From an uncultured bacterium (GTDB lineage: Bacteria > Actinomycetota > Acidimicrobiia > Spongiisociales > UBA4744), in contig CBEVHI010000001.1 in the NCBI GenBank assembly GCA_965549635.1, positions 1 through 46,201 of the forward strand: a stretch of 46,201 bases of DNA, written 5' to 3'. Made by a program: the position numbers and the translations under genes. The notes under the pieces are model-generated. The model was not told the DNA's origin, made no database searches, and saw only the letters and a program-made list of their open reading frames with translations. Positions within the stretch are counted from its first letter, which is position 1. Each line of letters begins with the position of its first letter. Shown here piece by piece: positions 1 through 8,540 of the stretch.

Positions 1-379
1 CAAACGTTGCGCCGGTGGAGAAGACCACCGGCTCTCCGCCGAACTCATAGCCGCCCGACACGGCGGTGATCTCGGACCCGAAATCAGCCGTGAAGAGGGT
101 GCAGCCGACGCCCTGGGGAGGATCGCCAGACGTGACAGGCACCGTGCAGTTGCTGCTGTTGGCTCCAACCGTCAACCCCATGTTCGCCCACTCCAGTGAA
201 CGGGCCCGCTCCATCAGTTCAGAGGCGAGGGCGGCAGCGCCGGACTGGCGTTTCGTCTCGTAGAGCACCCGCGCTCCGGTGTCGATGCTGCGTAGCATCA
301 CGAGCACAGCGCCGAAGATGATCACGAGGGCCACGATCGCCTCGACGATCGTGAACCCGTCTTCGTTGCGGGACATCAT
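1..379 (-). CDS. prepilin-type N-terminal cleavage/methylation domain protein (type IV pilin / pseudopilin-like); 3' end cut by window edge
   Basis: Absent from the ORF track because it runs off the left edge. The reverse complement from ATG at 379 reads MMSRNEDGFTIVEAIVALVIIFGAVLVMLRSI. That is a short leader, a G/FT(I)xE prepilin-peptidase motif and a hydrophobic helix. The frame stays open to base 1. Confidence 0.6.
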   Translation of the reverse strand, partial: MMSRNEDGFTIVEAIVALVIIFGAVLVMLRSIDTGARVLYETKRQSGAAALASELMERARSLEWANMGLTVGANSSNCTVPVTSGDPPQGVGCTLFTADFGSEITAVSGGYEFGGEPVVFSTGATF

Positions 380-587
380 GGATGTTCTATCGGCGCGACC
401 CGCCGGTTTGCTTAGCCAAACGTGGGACGATTCCCCCGGTTGATGAAGTGACTAGTCCTGAGTCGTAAGTTCGTGCTGATGTCCCCGAGCCACTCGGCAT
501 CATCTGGCCAGGACGCAGGATCAGGCACCCCCTCCGTCCCTTCGGGGCACCTCCCCCAACGTCGGGCTCCGCCCTCCTGGGGGAGGA

Positions 588-607
588 GACGCACCTGGAG
601 GTGCGTC
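588..607 (-). terminator. GC-rich hairpin about 65 nt downstream of the relA stop; possible U-tract-less intrinsic terminator
   Basis: GACGCACC-TGGA-GGTGCGTC is a perfect 8-bp stem with a 4-nt loop. A second hairpin, CCTCC-TGGG-GGAGG, lies directly beside it at 573-586. No U-run follows. Confidence 0.35.
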
Positions 608-670
608 AAGGACGAGGACGCCGCCAGGGGCGTCGATGGCCGGTGAGTACATGACTTGTGACTCGGGACG

Positions 671-2842
671 CTAGTCCCCCGACTGTGGGACAAGCCGGTA
701 GGCGTCGTAGACGCCGTCGATTCCCCGCAATCCGTCGATGAGACGATCCACCTGTCCGGGGTCGGACAGCTCGACCTCGTAGCGCAACACGGCCGTGCGA
801 TCCCGGCTCGTTGTCGAGGAAGAGGCCCGGATGTCACCGCCGACGTCGGAGATCAACTCGGTGACGTCGCGCAGCATCCTGGGGCGGTCCAGCGACTCGA
901 TCTGGATCCAGACCGAGAACCTCCCCACCCGGTCCGGTGACCAGGCGACGTCGATCATGCGCTCTTCACCGAGCGAGGCGATATTCGTACAGTCCGAGCG
1001 ATGTACCGACACCCCCCTCCCGACCGTGACGAATCCAACAATGTCGTCCCCCGGCACCGGCGCGCAGCAGCGAGCGATCCGCACCCACACGTCATCGAGT
1101 CCCTCCACGATGACGCCCACCCCTGCGTCGGGGCGGGGACGGACCGGCGGCATCTCCGATACGGCCACCTCCTCGGCGGACTCCTCTGCCTCGGGTTGGA
1201 CCAGGCGAACGAGCCGGGTAACCACCGTCGAGGCAGCAACGGTCCCCTCGCCCACCGCAACGAACAGTGACTCCAGGTCACGCTGCCCGAGTCCGTCGGC
1301 GACCTCGCCCAGCAGCTCGCCACGACGTTTGGCCTGCAAGCCGAGGCCTTCTCGCCTCAGGAGCGACAGCACCTCTTCTCTCCCCCCGGCCAGCGCCGCG
1401 CCTCTTCGTTCCTTGCCGAACCACTGGCGGATCTTCGCTCGGGCCCGTGAGGTGCGCACAAACGCCAGCCAGTCCCTACTCGGACCGGCATCCTGCGCCT
1501 TCGACGTCACCACCTCGACGATGTCACCGGACTCCAGTCTCGTGTCGAGCGGTACGAGACGACCATTGACTTTCGCACCCTGGCAGCGGTGGCCGACCTC
1601 GGTGTGGACGCTGTAGGCGAAGTCGACGGGTGTTGCACCCTTGGGAAGGGTCTTGACGTCTCCTCTTGGCGTCAGCACGAAGACTTCGTCCTGGTACAGG
1701 TCGAGTTTGAGACCGGCGAGGAACTCGTTCGGATCTTCATACTCGTCCTGGAGGAATCGCAGATCGGCCATCCACGGCAGCGTGTCCGCCGACCCTCCCT
1801 CCTTGTACCGCCAGTGGGCTGCGATGCCGTACTCGGCGCGTTCGTGCATCTCCTGCGTCCTGATCTGCACCTCGAGGGGTCCCCCACCAGGGCCGATCAC
1901 TGTCGTGTGCAGACTCTGGTAGAGGTTGAACTTGGGCATGGCGATGTAGTCCTTGAAGCGGCCATGCACCGGTGGCCACGTCGCATGGACCAGGCCGAGC
2001 ACTCCGTAGCAGTCCCTGACGTCCTCCACGATGACCCTGATGCCGATCAGATCGTGGATGCTCTCGAAGGGAAGCCCGGTGTTGACCATCTTGCGATAGA
2101 TGGAGTACTCGTGTTTCGGACGGCCGGTCACCTGCCCTTTGATCCCTGCCTCCCCCATCAGGCCTTCAACCTGACCGATCACCACCTGCAGGTAGGCGTC
2201 TCGCTGTGGTGCCCGCTGTCGCAACAGTGCATTGATCTCGGCGTTACGGCGCGGATAGAGGATGGCAAAGCAGCGGTCCTCCATTTCGTGTTTGATGTCC
2301 TGCACGCCAAGCCGATGGGCGAGCGGTGCGTACACGTCGAGGCTCTCTCTGGCGATCCGCTGCTGTTTCTCGTCGGGAAACGGCCAGATCGTCCGCAGGT
2401 TGTGGAGCCGGTCGGCGAGCTTGATCAGCAGGACCCGCACATCACGCGCCAGTGCGATGACCATCTTGCGGATCGTCGCAGCCTGGGCCTCCTCGCGCGA
2501 CCCGAACTTGATACGGTCGAGCTTGGTCACACCATCGATGAGTTGAGCGACGACATCGCCGAACTCACCACCTACCTCTTCGAGGGTGAGGTCGGTGTCC
2601 TCTACCGTGTCGTGCAGCAACGCTGCACACAGGGTCTGCGAGTCGAGCCCGTAGTTTGCGAGGATCTCCGTGACCGCGACCGGATGAGTGATGTAGGGCT
2701 CACCCGTCTGCCGCATCTGCCCTTCGTGCTGGCGCCGAGCAAGTTGGTAGGCCTTGCGGATGACGGCGGCGTCCGCATCCGGATGATGCGCTCTGTAGGC
2801 GACGAGGATTCGTTCCATCGCCTCATCGGACGGATCAGTCAT
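671..2842 (-). CDS. relA: bifunctional (p)ppGpp synthetase/hydrolase RelA/SpoT (Rel)
   Basis: 723 aa. The N-terminus carries the HD hydrolase motif (GEPYITHPVAVTEIL..LHDTVEDT), followed by the RelA/SpoT synthetase region and TGS and ACT-like C-terminal parts. ATG at 2842. It sits immediately downstream of apt, as in actinobacteria and firmicutes. Confidence 0.95.
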   Translation of the reverse strand: MTDPSDEAMERILVAYRAHHPDADAAVIRKAYQLARRQHEGQMRQTGEPYITHPVAVTEILANYGLDSQTLCAALLHDTVEDTDLTLEEVGGEFGDVVAQLIDGVTKLDRIKFGSREEAQAATIRKMVIALARDVRVLLIKLADRLHNLRTIWPFPDEKQQRIARESLDVYAPLAHRLGVQDIKHEMEDRCFAILYPRRNAEINALLRQRAPQRDAYLQVVIGQVEGLMGEAGIKGQVTGRPKHEYSIYRKMVNTGLPFESIHDLIGIRVIVEDVRDCYGVLGLVHATWPPVHGRFKDYIAMPKFNLYQSLHTTVIGPGGGPLEVQIRTQEMHERAEYGIAAHWRYKEGGSADTLPWMADLRFLQDEYEDPNEFLAGLKLDLYQDEVFVLTPRGDVKTLPKGATPVDFAYSVHTEVGHRCQGAKVNGRLVPLDTRLESGDIVEVVTSKAQDAGPSRDWLAFVRTSRARAKIRQWFGKERRGAALAGGREEVLSLLRREGLGLQAKRRGELLGEVADGLGQRDLESLFVAVGEGTVAASTVVTRLVRLVQPEAEESAEEVAVSEMPPVRPRPDAGVGVIVEGLDDVWVRIARCCAPVPGDDIVGFVTVGRGVSVHRSDCTNIASLGEERMIDVAWSPDRVGRFSVWIQIESLDRPRMLRDVTELISDVGGDIRASSSTTSRDRTAVLRYEVELSDPGQVDRLIDGLRGIDGVYDAYRLVPQSGD

Positions 2843-3359
2843 AGGTCACGAGGGCGTGGAGGTCGACGTCATCGAGTGATGCACGTCCTCCGAGAAACCC
2901 CAGTTCGATGAAGACGGCCACTCCCACGACGTGGGCGTCGAGTTGTCGCACGAGATCGATAGCAGCTCCCGCGGTGCCGCCGGTCGCCAGGACGTCGTCG
3001 ACGATGAGCACTCGGTCCCCAGCCTCGACTGCGTCACGATGCATCTCGAGGGCGTCGGTGCCATATTCGAGTTCGTAAGCCTGCCGGATCACCTCTGCCG
3101 GAAGCTTGCCGGGCTTTCTGATCGGAACGAATCCCGCCTTGAGTTGTTCCGCAACGGGAGTTGCCAGGATGAAGCCGCGAGCCTCGATCCCCGCAACCTT
3201 GTCGATGGAGCCCACTGGATACGGCGCGCACAGGTCGTCTACGAGCTCGGAGAAAGCTCCCGGATCTGCGAGCACGGGGGTGATGTCTTTGAAAAGCACA
3301 CCCGGCTGCGGGAAGTCGGGTATGTCGCGGATGAGTTCGACGAAGGATGGAGTGTTCAC
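2835..3359 (-). CDS. apt: adenine phosphoribosyltransferase
   Basis: Motifs IRDIPDFPQPGVLFKDITP and the PRPP loop VLIVDDVLATGGT. The ORF-track start (TTG at 3458) adds about 33 non-homologous residues. GTG at 3359 (VNTPSFVELIRDIP) gives a typical ~174-aa Apt. The exact start is uncertain. Confidence 0.88.
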   Translation of the reverse strand: MNTPSFVELIRDIPDFPQPGVLFKDITPVLADPGAFSELVDDLCAPYPVGSIDKVAGIEARGFILATPVAEQLKAGFVPIRKPGKLPAEVIRQAYELEYGTDALEMHRDAVEAGDRVLIVDDVLATGGTAGAAIDLVRQLDAHVVGVAVFIELGFLGGRASLDDVDLHALVTYD

Positions 3360-3392
3360 CGACAGAGTGTACCGCGAGGGCTCGCTTCGCGA

Positions 3393-3420
3393 ACCGTACC
3401 TGATACTCCCTACTTCGTAT
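3393..3420 (-). repeat. four tandem heptads, GUA-N4 on the mRNA strand, in the secF-apt intergenic leader; candidate cis-regulatory element
   Basis: Plus strand reads ACCGTAC CTGATAC TCCCTAC TTCGTAT. Minus strand reads ATACGAA GTAGGGA GTATCAG GTACGGT. The array lies 34 nt upstream of the proposed apt GTG. The same heptad type occurs at 35005-35046 and 38304-38392. Confidence 0.55.
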
Positions 3421-3467
3421 TTCGACCCGAAACGCGGCTCGATGCCCTGAAGCACCAATCCATGGCG

Positions 3468-4538
3468 CTAGCGCTTGCGACCCTTCTTGGGTGGTCTCGG
3501 AGCGGCGCCGCTCCGTTTGGCCTGCGGGGCCCTCTTCGCCGCCGGGGTCGGAGCGGATGCTGGAGCTTCTTGAGCGTCCTTCGCTTCGCCTTTGCCGCGC
3601 TCTCTGCGTCTGCGCACCCTTGCCCACTCGTCCTCGTGCTCCTTCCATGTCGCCAGGATCGGAGAAGCGACACCGATCGACGAGTAGGTGCCGGCGGCGA
3701 TGCCGACGAAGAGCGCCAGCGCGAAGTCTCTCAACGTATGGGCTCCGAGGAGATAGGACCCGACGAACAGGAGGCTTCCCACCGGGAGGAGGCTGGTGAG
3801 CGACGTGTTGATCGACCGCATGAGCACCTGGTTCATCGAGCGGTTGACCAGCTCGGTGAAGGTCATGCGCTCGGTGTTGAGCTCCTCGACGTTCTCCTTC
3901 ACTTTGTCGAACACCACCACGGTGTCATACAGCGAATAGCCCAGAATCGTCAGGATTCCGATGACGGTGGCCGGCGTGACCTCGAAGCGAGTAAGGGCAT
4001 AGACGCCGAACGTGATCAACAAGTCGTGGAAGAGCGCGGCGATGCCCGAGACAGCCATCTTCCACTCGAGACGCCAGGACATGAAGAGGACCACTGCGCC
4101 GAGGAACACGAGCAGCGCGGTGATTGCCCGCTTGGTGATCTGCGCCCCGAAGGTTGGGCCCACTTCCTCGACGGACACTTCACTGAGGGGAGATCCCGAC
4201 GCGTCGGCTACGGCCTGCTGGAACGCTTGCGACTCTTCGGCGGTCAGTGTTCCGACCTGGACGCGGATGTCGTCGCCGCCTGCGAGAAGTTGGACCTTGG
4301 CGTCGGCGAGGCCCAGGGGGGCCAGCGCGTCGCGAACGGTGGCGACATCGGCACCTGCGGTGTTGGCGACGTCGACGGCGACTCCACCTTTGAAGTCGAG
4401 GCTCAGGTTCAGTCCAAAGACCACCAATCCGAGCAAGGAGATGAGCAGCAGGGTCGATGAGATCGCCAGCCAGAGACGCCTGGCTCCTACGAAGTCGAAG
4501 GAGGTTTCCCCCCGATAGAGGCGGGTGACGAGATTCAT
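3468..4538 (-). CDS. secF: protein translocase subunit SecF
   Basis: 356 aa. N-terminus RGETSFDFVGARRLW is typical of SecF, followed by a six-TM SecD/SecF core. AGGAGG lies upstream of the ATG, and the ATGA overlaps the secD stop. It has a basic, disordered C-terminal tail. Confidence 0.93.
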   Translation of the reverse strand: MNLVTRLYRGETSFDFVGARRLWLAISSTLLLISLLGLVVFGLNLSLDFKGGVAVDVANTAGADVATVRDALAPLGLADAKVQLLAGGDDIRVQVGTLTAEESQAFQQAVADASGSPLSEVSVEEVGPTFGAQITKRAITALLVFLGAVVLFMSWRLEWKMAVSGIAALFHDLLITFGVYALTRFEVTPATVIGILTILGYSLYDTVVVFDKVKENVEELNTERMTFTELVNRSMNQVLMRSINTSLTSLLPVGSLLFVGSYLLGAHTLRDFALALFVGIAAGTYSSIGVASPILATWKEHEDEWARVRRRRERGKGEAKDAQEAPASAPTPAAKRAPQAKRSGAAPRPPKKGRKR

Positions 4539-6079
4539 GTTGCCTCCTGTGCTCCACCTGCGGCGGCGCGGATGCTGAAGATGCCTCCTTCTCCAAGCCG
4601 CCCGTGTGAGACCAGGCTCACGGCGTTCCTCGTGAAGAAGTACGCGACAAGGATGTCGATCAGAGTGGCAATACCGAGGGTGAGTGCGAACCCCTTCACG
4701 GGACCGACGGCCAGCAGCCAGAGCAGCACGGCGGCCAGTATCGAGACGGTGTCTGCCGTAAGGATCGTGCGGAACGCCCTCGAGAAGCCCTCGTCGACCG
4801 CGGCTCGCATCGTGCGGCCACGATGGAGCTCCTCCTTGATGCGTTCATAGAACACGATGTAGGAGTCGGCGGTGATCCCGACCGACACCACGATTCCGGT
4901 CACTCCAGCCAGCGTGAGGGTCACTCCCGATGTACTGCTCAGCAGTCCAAGCACGATCAGCATCAGTGAACCGAACACACTCAAGCCGAGAATCGTCACG
5001 GCGCCGAGCGAGCGGTAGTAGAGCATCATGTAGATCGCCACCAGGATGAGCCCGGCAAGCCCGGCGATGAGGCCCGAACGCAACGAGTCGGATCCCAGAG
5101 TCGCCGAGACGCTCTGCACCTGATCCCGTTCGAACGCAATCGGGAGAGAGCCGTATCGAAGGACGACGGCAAGGTCCTGAGCTTCTGCCTGTTGATTCTC
5201 GCCCGCACCGAGAGTGATCACTGCCGTGCCGCCGGCGATGCCGAGGTTGGGATCCACGCTGTCGGCAACCTGCGGTGAGGAGATCACCTTGCCGTCGAGC
5301 ACGATGGCGATCTGCCGCCTCGGGTCGCCTACCGGAAACTGTGCGGCAGCCTTCGTGATCTCCTGGAACTTGCGGGCACCGTCGTCGTTGAGACGCAGGT
5401 TGACCTGCCACTGCCCCGTCTGACTGAAGTTGGCCAGCGCTTCGGTGAGGTCTTTTCCGGTCAAGGGATCCGGCTGGCCGGTCTCGGGATCGAGGAGGGT
5501 CCCGACGTGGTACCCGGCGACCTCCTGGCCACTCTGGTCCACCTCGGGAAGCCATGCGTCGAGAAGTGTCGGGTCGTCTTCGATCGTGTACCCGGTCGTC
5601 GGATCGACACCCGAGGGCAACGTCGTCGTCGTCGTGGTCGGTTCCGTCGTCGTTGTGGTGGTCCCATCGCCGGTCGTCGTCACCGGAGCGGTCGTCGTGG
5701 TGGTGACGAGCGGTTGCAGCAGTGGGCTGTGCAAGGACGTCTCTCTGACAGGCCGGAACGAGAGAATGCCGGTCTGGCCGATGGCTTCAAGCGCCCGCTC
5801 TCGTTCCGTAACTCCGGGGAGTTGGACAAGGACGCCGTTCTGCCCGCTAATGGAGATCTCCGGTTCCTGCACACCGAACGCTTCGATACGGCCCCGCATG
5901 ATCTCGACCGCCTTTTCCAGCACATCAGGGTCGGTCCCGTCGGGCGCCCGGAGGATGACCGACGTTCCCCCTTTGAGGTCGAGGCCCAGTTCGGGAGTCG
6001 AGCCCGTGGCGAGGATGGCTGCCACACCCCCATAGGCGAGCACCAGCACAATGATGAGCGTGACGATACGTCTGCCCAT
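4535..6079 (-). CDS. secD: protein translocase subunit SecD
   Basis: 514 aa. Motif LGLDLKGGTSV near the N-terminus, a large periplasmic domain and a C-terminal six-TM bundle. Located upstream of secF. Confidence 0.93.
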   Translation of the reverse strand: MGRRIVTLIIVLVLAYGGVAAILATGSTPELGLDLKGGTSVILRAPDGTDPDVLEKAVEIMRGRIEAFGVQEPEISISGQNGVLVQLPGVTERERALEAIGQTGILSFRPVRETSLHSPLLQPLVTTTTTAPVTTTGDGTTTTTTEPTTTTTTLPSGVDPTTGYTIEDDPTLLDAWLPEVDQSGQEVAGYHVGTLLDPETGQPDPLTGKDLTEALANFSQTGQWQVNLRLNDDGARKFQEITKAAAQFPVGDPRRQIAIVLDGKVISSPQVADSVDPNLGIAGGTAVITLGAGENQQAEAQDLAVVLRYGSLPIAFERDQVQSVSATLGSDSLRSGLIAGLAGLILVAIYMMLYYRSLGAVTILGLSVFGSLMLIVLGLLSSTSGVTLTLAGVTGIVVSVGITADSYIVFYERIKEELHRGRTMRAAVDEGFSRAFRTILTADTVSILAAVLLWLLAVGPVKGFALTLGIATLIDILVAYFFTRNAVSLVSHGRLGEGGIFSIRAAAGGAQEAT

Positions 6080-6081
6080 GA

Positions 6082-6372
6082 TCAGTTCTCACGCTTCCCG
6101 GCGATCGCACGCCGGGAGATACGCATCCGCCCTTCTTCGAGACCGAGCACGATCGAGTCCTCGTCGAGTGCCACAACCACGCCGAAGACACCTCCATAGG
6201 TCTGCACCTTGTCGCCGACTTCGAGAGCGGCGGCGACTTCCCGCTGCTTCTTCGCTCTCACTCGCTGCGGCCGGATGAGCAATACGTAGAACATTCCGAT
6301 CAGCAGCGCCAGAAAGATCAGCGAAGTCCAGGCGCTTCCGCCCGTGTCTGCCGTCTGAGCCAATACCAGCAC
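6082..6372 (-). CDS. yajC: preprotein translocase subunit YajC
   Basis: 96 aa with a single TM and the motif LLIRPQR..K.....L..GD.V.T.GG..G.V. GTG start. Located directly upstream of secD. Confidence 0.85.
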   Translation of the reverse strand: MLVLAQTADTGGSAWTSLIFLALLIGMFYVLLIRPQRVRAKKQREVAAALEVGDKVQTYGGVFGVVVALDEDSIVLGLEEGRMRISRRAIAGKREN

Positions 6373-6417
6373 GTCAACCTTCTTTATGAGTGGGGGCCCG
6401 CTCCACGCGGGCGGCGG

Positions 6418-7536
6418 TCATGCTAGCGACACATCGGACTGCGCAGAAACTCTCGCCGCGAGGCGATCGGATCGGAATGAAGCGAAGGTACCGGATCGGA
6501 TCGCTTCGCGAATGCCTCCCATGAGCGAAGCCGTGTAGTTGAGATTGTGGACCGTCAGGAGCCGGAGACCGGTCGGTTCCCCGGTCGAGAAGAGATGTCG
6601 CAGGTATCCCTGGCTGTGCTCCCGGCAGATGCGACAGCCACACTCCGGATCGAGCGGCTCCGAAGCACGTTTGAACTCGGCCCTGCGAATCGAGTAGTCA
6701 CCTGTGGAGGCCAGCACCTTGCCGTGTCGAGCGAGCCGGGTCGGCCAAACGCAGTCGAACAGGTCGACCCCTCGTTGGACCCCATCCAGCAGACCCTTCG
6801 TGTCCCCCAGCCCCATCGTGTATCGGGGGCGCTCCGGCGGGAGTTCGGCTACGACGGCCTCGATCGCGGCGTTGCGCTCTTCCTCGGGTTCTCCCACCGA
6901 CAGTCCTCCGATGCCGAAACCGTCGAAAGGCAAAGCCGCGGTTCGGGACGCGCTCTGTTTGCGCAGATCGAGATCTGTACCCCCTTGCACGATTCCGAAC
7001 ACCGCCTGATCATCTCGACTGCGCGCCCCGATGGCGCGTTCGGACCACCGCAGCGTTCGCTCCATCGCCTCTCGGACGTCTGCAGTCGGTGCGGGCAGGC
7101 CGATCAGAACGTCGAGCATCATCGCTATGTCTGACCCAAGGTTCTCCTGCACGCCGATGGCACGCTCGGGGTTGAGCATCACCCGCGAACCGTCGTACGA
7201 CGAGCGAAACTCCACTCCTTCCTCTCGGACTCGCGCGTCCAGGGAGAAGATCTGGTAGCCGCCCGAGTCCGTCAGGATCGGGCCCTCCCAGCCCATGAAG
7301 GCATGCAGACCGCCGAGATCCCGAATGACATCGTCGCCGGGTCGCAGCATGAGGTGGTACGTGTTGGCCAGGATCATCTGGGCGCCCGTCTCACGGAGAT
7401 CGCGCGAGTCGACCATCTTGACCGTTGCCCTGGTCCCAACCGGCATGAATGCCGGCGTCGACACGGCACCGTGGGGCGTGGTAAGCGTTGCGGCTCGTGC
7501 CGCTCCGTCGCTGTGGACTACGTCGAAGTTCATCAT
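6418..7536 (-). CDS. tgt: tRNA-guanine(34) transglycosylase
   Basis: 372 aa. Motifs TPHG.V.TPAFMPVGT and LANTYHL, and the zinc site C.C..C..H (CGCRICREHSQGYLRHL). ATGA overlap with the queA stop. Confidence 0.95.
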   Translation of the reverse strand: MMNFDVVHSDGAARAATLTTPHGAVSTPAFMPVGTRATVKMVDSRDLRETGAQMILANTYHLMLRPGDDVIRDLGGLHAFMGWEGPILTDSGGYQIFSLDARVREEGVEFRSSYDGSRVMLNPERAIGVQENLGSDIAMMLDVLIGLPAPTADVREAMERTLRWSERAIGARSRDDQAVFGIVQGGTDLDLRKQSASRTAALPFDGFGIGGLSVGEPEEERNAAIEAVVAELPPERPRYTMGLGDTKGLLDGVQRGVDLFDCVWPTRLARHGKVLASTGDYSIRRAEFKRASEPLDPECGCRICREHSQGYLRHLFSTGEPTGLRLLTVHNLNYTASLMGGIREAIRSGTFASFRSDRLAARVSAQSDVSLA

Positions 7537-8534
7537 CGTTCCGCGTACATCGCGTCACCGAATGACAGGAAACGGTAGCCGCGTTCGAGGGCCGTCGAGT
7601 AGGCGACCTTCCACCGGTCACCGAGGAAGGCTGCGACGAGAACCACCAGGGAAGAGCGGGGCACGTGGAAGTTGGTCACCAGCGCATCGACGACCTGGAA
7701 GCGGTACCCAGGACGGATGAACAGCGCCGTCGAAGCAGCCCCCTGTCGGACGCGCTGACCGTCGTACGCCGCCTCGAGGGATCGCACGACGGTGGTGCCG
7801 ATGGCGACGACACGAGACCCTCGCTTCCGGGTTTCTGTCACCGCTTCGGCGGTGCCGGCCGGAATGGTGAACGTCTCCGAGTGCATCACATGGTCTTCGA
7901 GCACGTCCTCTTCGATCGGCCGGAACGTGTCTACACCCACCTGGAGGTCGACTGAGGCGACCGAGACACCGCGATCGGCCAGTCGTTCGAGCAGCGCCTC
8001 GGTGAAGTGGAGCCCTGCGGTCGGGGCGGCGGCGGATCCAAGCCTGTCGGCGTAGACGGTCTGGTAGCTCCCCGGGTCAACGGGACCTTCGGTGATATAG
8101 GGAGGGAGCGGCACTTCTCCATACGCGGCGATGAGACCTTCGATGTCGTCACCCTGCAACTCGAGGAGCGCTTTGCCCTGAATCGGGTCGCTGACCATGC
8201 GCGCTCCTAGGCGGCCGAAACGCAGCAGGGTTCCCGCGCGCAGTCTTCGGGATGGCCGGACCAGGGCTTCCCACAGGCCGTTCTCCACTTCACCCAGGAG
8301 CAGGGCTTCGACCGCTCCCCCGGTGTTCTCTTTGGTCCCCAGCAGACGGGCAGCCCGTACTCGCGTGGTGTTGATGACGACGAGATCCCCTGGCTCCAGA
8401 ACGTTGGCGAGATCACGAAAGGATCGATCGCTGAGGTCTGTCGTGTCGAGCAGCCGGGCGGTGTCGCGCGGTTCCACGGGACGCTGGGCGATCGCGCTCC
8501 TCGGTAGCTCGTAGTCGAATTCCGTTGCTTGCAC
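7533..8534 (-). CDS. queA: S-adenosylmethionine:tRNA ribosyltransferase-isomerase
   Basis: 333 aa. N-terminus FDYELP...IAQ.P...RD and C-terminus YRF.SFGDAM are typical QueA signatures. GTG start. Confidence 0.95.
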   Translation of the reverse strand: MQATEFDYELPRSAIAQRPVEPRDTARLLDTTDLSDRSFRDLANVLEPGDLVVINTTRVRAARLLGTKENTGGAVEALLLGEVENGLWEALVRPSRRLRAGTLLRFGRLGARMVSDPIQGKALLELQGDDIEGLIAAYGEVPLPPYITEGPVDPGSYQTVYADRLGSAAAPTAGLHFTEALLERLADRGVSVASVDLQVGVDTFRPIEEDVLEDHVMHSETFTIPAGTAEAVTETRKRGSRVVAIGTTVVRSLEAAYDGQRVRQGAASTALFIRPGYRFQVVDALVTNFHVPRSSLVVLVAAFLGDRWKVAYSTALERGYRFLSFGDAMYAER

Positions 8535-8540
8535 GAGAGC

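Noticed and set aside
447-474. AGT at exact 7-nt spacing four times (AGTGACT AGTCCTG AGTCGTA AGTTCGT) upstream of the pilin-like gene
   Set aside because: The triplet differs from the GTAC arrays and only 3 nt are conserved per unit. My rough estimate is that one such run of any trinucleotide could occur by chance in a window of this size.
380-670. c-di-GMP riboswitch or tRNA in the relA-pilin gap
   Set aside because: No GEMM-type conserved GCAAA/ACGCA elements are present, and I found no T-loop (GGTTCGA-TCC) or cloverleaf.
2835-3458. Full-length 207-aa apt ORF starting at TTG 3458
   Set aside because: The first ~33 residues have no counterpart in Apt proteins and would place the heptad array inside coding sequence. 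A shorter start at 3359 fits the family N-terminus. This is not experimentally settled, so it is kept as an alternative.
1589-4460. Long plus-strand ORFs (1589..2911 and 2931..4460) antisense to relA, apt and secF
   Set aside because: Shadow ORFs of a GC-rich genome with no family resemblance. The opposite-strand genes are unambiguous.
5594-5707. GTCGTC-rich tract as a non-coding tandem repeat or CRISPR-like array
   Set aside because: It lies in frame inside secD, where it encodes the poly-Thr linker. It has no repeat-spacer architecture.
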